A stretch of 55,745 bases of DNA from Chiloscyllium plagiosum. Taxonomy: Eukaryota. Below, piece by piece: positions 51,390 through 55,745 of this stretch. How positions within the stretch are numbered: the stretch's first letter is position 1; every line of letters begins with the position of its first letter. The stretch is from assembly GCF_004010195.1 (NCBI RefSeq), contig NC_057753.1, forward strand, positions 10,013,679 through 10,069,423, read 5' to 3'. The notes beneath the pieces are model-generated. The model was not told where the DNA came from and ran no database searches. It saw only the letters and a program-made list of their open reading frames with translations. A program made the position numbers and the translations under genes.

Positions 51390-52500
51390 ACCCCTGCCCA
51401 TTCTGACAGTGCTTATAGCGGGAGAGTCGGTCGGATTTTTTTGCTTTATGCCGTCGTGCTCCCCCATCCCCGCAACTTTGCTTCGAATGGGCGCTGCTCC
51501 TCGTTGAGCCCAGGAGATGTTCACTCTAGTTATTTTCTGTCCAGTTAAAGAATTATTGGCTCTGTCTGGGAACGAGTCCCAGTCTGTAAGAAATAGCTGT
51601 TTACGTCAAGGTGTCCATTTGCATTCAGCAGTGACTTTGAAGTTAAATTTACGGTTATGTGCCTGTGAAAAACTCATCATCGAAGGATTGCCCAATGGTT
51701 TGGCAATCCATTGTTGGAAATTGTTTGCTTGAATTCATAATTTTAAAAATTCTCTTCCTAAATTTACACCTTACGTTTCTGTCGACGAGATGGTGGAGGA
51801 CTTGATCAAAAGTCATTTCTATTAACTGGATTATCTTGTTTAACTTTGCCCTCGTAAATTTTCGGTGTTCATAATCATTTGTTTTTGTTTAAATTATGAT
51901 GCTCGTGTGCAAGATCTGTTCATTAAGTGTGGTTCTCTTGATGAAACTGCTGTGGGTCACTCCCAGGACTGAGCCCCTGTGCATTCTGACTGTGTGTGTG
52001 CAGTGGGAGAGTCAGTGGGCTTTTTTGTTTTATGCCCTTGCCCCGCCCTGCCCCGCCGCCAACTTTGCTTCCATTGGGCGTTGCTGCTTGTTGAGCCCAG
52101 GAGCTGTTCTCTCTCGATTCTACTGTCCATTTAAAGAATTGTTGGCTCTTTCTGGGAAATGGCTGAATACTTTGGGGTATCTATTCACATTCAGCAGTGA
52201 CTTTTAAATTAGATTTACAGTTACGTGTCTGTGAAAAACTGATAGTCCAAGTATTGCACAAAGGCTTGGCAATACATTGTTGGAAACTATTTGTTTGAAT
52301 TGGTAAGTTTTTTAAAACAATTCTTTCTTAATTTGCCGCTTAAGTTTCTGTCTCTGAGATGGTGGGGGACTTGATCAAAGGGTTTAAATCATTGCTATTA
52401 ATTAGATTATCTACTTTAAATTTGCCCTTGCAAAGTTGCCGTATTTATAATTTGTTGGTTTTTATTTAAATTATAATGTTGACGTGCAAGATCTGTTCTT
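51355..52500 (+). repeat. Diverged tandem duplication (about 580 bp) of the ZNF stop/3' UTR region
   Basis: tgaaactgctgtgggtcact...aggactga at 51359 and 51942, colinear through gtgcaagatctgttc. Confidence 0.85.
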
Positions 52501-53224
52501 CATCAAGTCTGGTTAGGAACAGTTGAGAAATTGAGGGACATTGCATGTTTTAATTTCACTGTGTTGTGTATCTGGTGACAGTGACATTCATTTGTATTGG
52601 GTTGCTTCCCCTTAGTTGTAATGTCTTTCACCCCAACTATTCACTATGGGAGTGAGTTCCACAGTCTCACCACACTCTGAGGTTTTTCATGAAATCCTTA
52701 GTACAGAATTGGAAGGGAAAATGTTCATGAGGGCAGAATATAGGGTGTTAACTGCAAAAAGCCAGGAAGACATTCGACAAAGTAAGACCATGACAATGTN
52801 NNNNNNNNNNNNNNNNNNNNNNNNNNNNNNNNNNNNNNNNNNNNNTTTGGCCTAGAAAAGTTGCCGTATTTATAATTGTTGGTTTTTGTTTAAATTATAA
52901 TGTTGATGGTGCAAGATCTGTTCTTCATCAAGTCTGGTTAGGAACAGTTGAGAAATTGAGGGACATTGCATGTTTTAATTTCACTGTGTTGTGAATCTGG
53001 TGAGAGTGACATTCATTTATATTTGGTTGCTTCCCCTTAGTTGTAATGTCTTTCACCCCAACTATTCACTATGGTAGTGAGTTCCACAGTCTCACCACAC
53101 TCTGAGGTTTTTCATGAAATCCTTAGTACAGAATTGGAAGGGAAAATGTTTATGAGGGCAGAATATAGAATGTTAACTGCAAAATGCCAGGAAGACATTC
53201 GACAAAGTAAAACCATAACAATGT
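52432..53224 (+). repeat. Near-identical 368-bp duplicate flanking a gap
   Basis: 52432-52799 vs 52857-53224. Confidence 0.85.
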
Positions 53225-53339
53225 AGGGACAAATAAGGAACTTTGACAGCAATGAAGAGGTCACACGTCAGAGTTCAAGATAATGGTCATGACAAAAAGA
53301 AAAAGTGCTCTGCAGATATTGGACATTGTAATTAAGCAA

Positions 53340-53612
53340 GAAGGCCATTCAGTCCATCGAGTCAACATTGACTGACCGTCCCACTCAGACACAGTTTGTT
53401 ACCCTATCCCTGTAACCCTGCATCTTCCATGGTCAATCTACCCTCACCTGCACATCTTTTGGACTGTGGGAGGAGGCCAGAGCACCAGAGGAAACCCACG
53501 CAGACACAAGGGGAGAATGTGCAAGCTCCACACAGAGAGTCGGCCCGAGGGTGGGATCAAATCCAGGTCACTGATGCCGTGAGGCAGCAGTGCTAACCAC
53601 CGTGCCACCACC
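53340..53612 (-). mobile_element. HE1/V-SINE-like SINE
   Basis: Same family as 42135-42445. Confidence 0.8.
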
Positions 53613-54294
53613 ACATGCTGCTCCCTAAAACAGTGAATTTCAAAGACATGAGAACACTTGAGAGAAAAACAAAACTCTCCTATCTTAAATGAGAGGCTAG
53701 TCTCTGGCTAGAAATGAGTGGACATTACATTTACATTCAGTCCTCTCCAGATGTTATACAGCTTCATCAGATCATCTGTTTCTTCTAAACTCAAACTGAT
53801 ACAAGCCCAGCCTGACATCTCCTTGTCCCCGATTATAAGTTGAGTAAATCAGTGACACGAGACCTCACTGGCATGACAAAGGATGCCCTCAATCCAAGTT
53901 GACCTTTACTCTCTAAACTCTTGACCCCACGCCAACATGTGGTCAGCCGCAACTCAGCCCTGAACGAGAGCAGAGGAACTGAATAGACTGCAGTGAGTGG
54001 ATATTGCATTCCCAGAGAATATTATTCAAGTGAGAAAGTTGTTGAGCTCACATTCGGATCATTGCAGGGACTATGTCTCCTGTCATTTCAATGTCTGTGA
54101 TCCCAATAACAGTCTAGTTTTGTTTTATATTGTTTGTGTGTTATTGGGGTTTCATTACATGATTTTCTGTTGCTGACATTCCCATTAGGATGTGTGAATT
54201 CAGTACCAGTTAATAGTCTCAGTTCTGAATTTTCCTTGAGGATTGGTGTAGAACGTACTATTTGTCAGTCATAATGGAAGAAGCGCTACTGTTT

Positions 54295-54505
54295 ATTTAA
54301 CCCTTTGCTGTCATTGTCCCGGACTGTATGAATGGGGAAGTGTAGAGGGAGTTTTACTCTGTATCTAAACCAGTGCTGTCTCTGTCTTGGCAGTGCTTGT
54401 TGAGGACAGTGTTGAGGTAGCTTCACTTTCAATTTAAGAGTAGAGGAAGCTTTATTCTGATTGTAATCCCATGATGTCCTTGTCCTGGGAGTTTTAGATG
54501 GCATC
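54295..54505 (+). repeat. Degenerate tandem repeat of about 60-65 bp
   Basis: About 3 variants of gtgtagagggagctttactctgtatctaa...tgtcctgggagtgtttgatgg. Confidence 0.6.
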
Positions 54506-55745
54506 TGTAATTGCAGTGAATGCAGACTTGTCTGTGGGAGTGGAGGGTACTTCTACCTGAGCACTCCCAGCTTTGAGATTGCTCTGCTGATCAAGACGAT
54601 CTCAGACACCTTCATTCACTTTTCCAACCAACCACAGGGTGGTTAAGGATGGTATAAATGCTGGCATTGCCAGCGATGCCCACACCCCATGCATGAATAA
54701 ATACTTTTTGTTTAAAAGTTACATTCACATTCCAAACCCACTAATGTACGATTACTTACATGGAAAATTCCTGTTAGTTTGGAATATCATTTTAAAACAT
54801 CGGAACGTGTCAACCATGTAGAAATATAACAAGAACAACAAATGGAGAAGTTAACAGGTAATGAGCAGGACCAGAATGCTGAGTCAGTCTGACCTCCATG
54901 GCTGAGAGAGTTCTCCCAGATGTTGAAGTTACACCAGTGCCTTTTACTTTTGCAGCTTCCCCAAAAGTTTGTCCCTGATGTAAGATCATTCAATGACCCG
55001 AAGAACTAACTATTTTTATCTCCATAGCTGCTGCCAGACTTGCTGAGTAATTCCATCCCTTCTGTTTTACCCTTTATGGGATTTGAGCTTCCCTAAATCA
55101 GTGTAATGAAGAACTGCAGATGCTGGAGATCTGAAACACAAAAATGCACCAATTGCTGGAGAAACTCAATAGGACTGGCAGCACATGTGGAGATAGGAGC
55201 AGAGTTTTCAGTTCAAGTACTGTGACCCTTCTTCACAACTGTTTGGACGCAGGCCAGGATATTGACTGTTTCTTTCTCTCTCTCTCCTCCGGTATTGCCA
55301 GACTGGCTGAGTTTCTCCGGCAATTTCTGTTATGACACTTTCACAAGGTTGATATTTGTTGTCCATCCCTAAGTGCAAGGTGTCTTGCTTTTGCCAATTC
55401 AGAGGGCAGTTTAAGAATCAACCACATTGCTGTGGGTCTGGAGGCACATGTAAGCCAGACCAGGTAAGGATGGCAGTTTGCCTCCAGAAAGGACATTGGT
55501 AATCATGGAGTTTTATGACTATTGACGTCAGTGCCATCGATACCATACTGAGACTAACTTTGTGTTCCCCATTTATGATTTGAATTATTCACATCTCACC
55601 TCTTGCTGAGGTGGGATTTGAACTCATGTTCCCTGGATTACTCATCCTGTGACATTATGTCTACACTGTTGCTTCCCATCCTTTGCTATTTTGTGTTTGC
55701 TCTTTGCGTCTTTGTCCTCTGATGTTTGGGAAATTGAACCTGTTT

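Noticed and set aside
52432..53224. Near-identical duplicate as a biological tandem repeat
   Set aside because: It flanks a short gap exactly, which is typical of unmerged haplotype overlap

Overview
Vertebrate non-coding-rich DNA, by repeat content most likely a shark (HE1-type SINEs, CR1 and Penelope families; this is an inference). It has five N gaps. Two KRAB-less tandem C2H2 zinc-finger genes lie on the + strand: an intact 12-finger ORF at 21069-22082 and a gapped one at 50857-51389. They are surrounded by many CR1 LINE fragments, a Rex1/Babar fragment, SINEs and Penelope-like element (PLE) pieces. The PLE terminal repeats carry more than 10 minimal hammerhead-ribozyme cores. A decayed class I (gamma/epsilon-like) endogenous retrovirus spans about 33269-38843. 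It has a 5' LTR, a tRNA-Ser PBS, gag with an in-frame TGA, protease and RT, and a 2H-phosphoesterase (CNPase-like) domain between protease and RT. A mosaic duplicon occurs in about four partial direct or inverted copies. It joins a dead QSOX exon 1/CpG island to a ZNF-type promoter, exon 1 and intron. All calls were made by eye without searches, and repeat boundaries are approximate.
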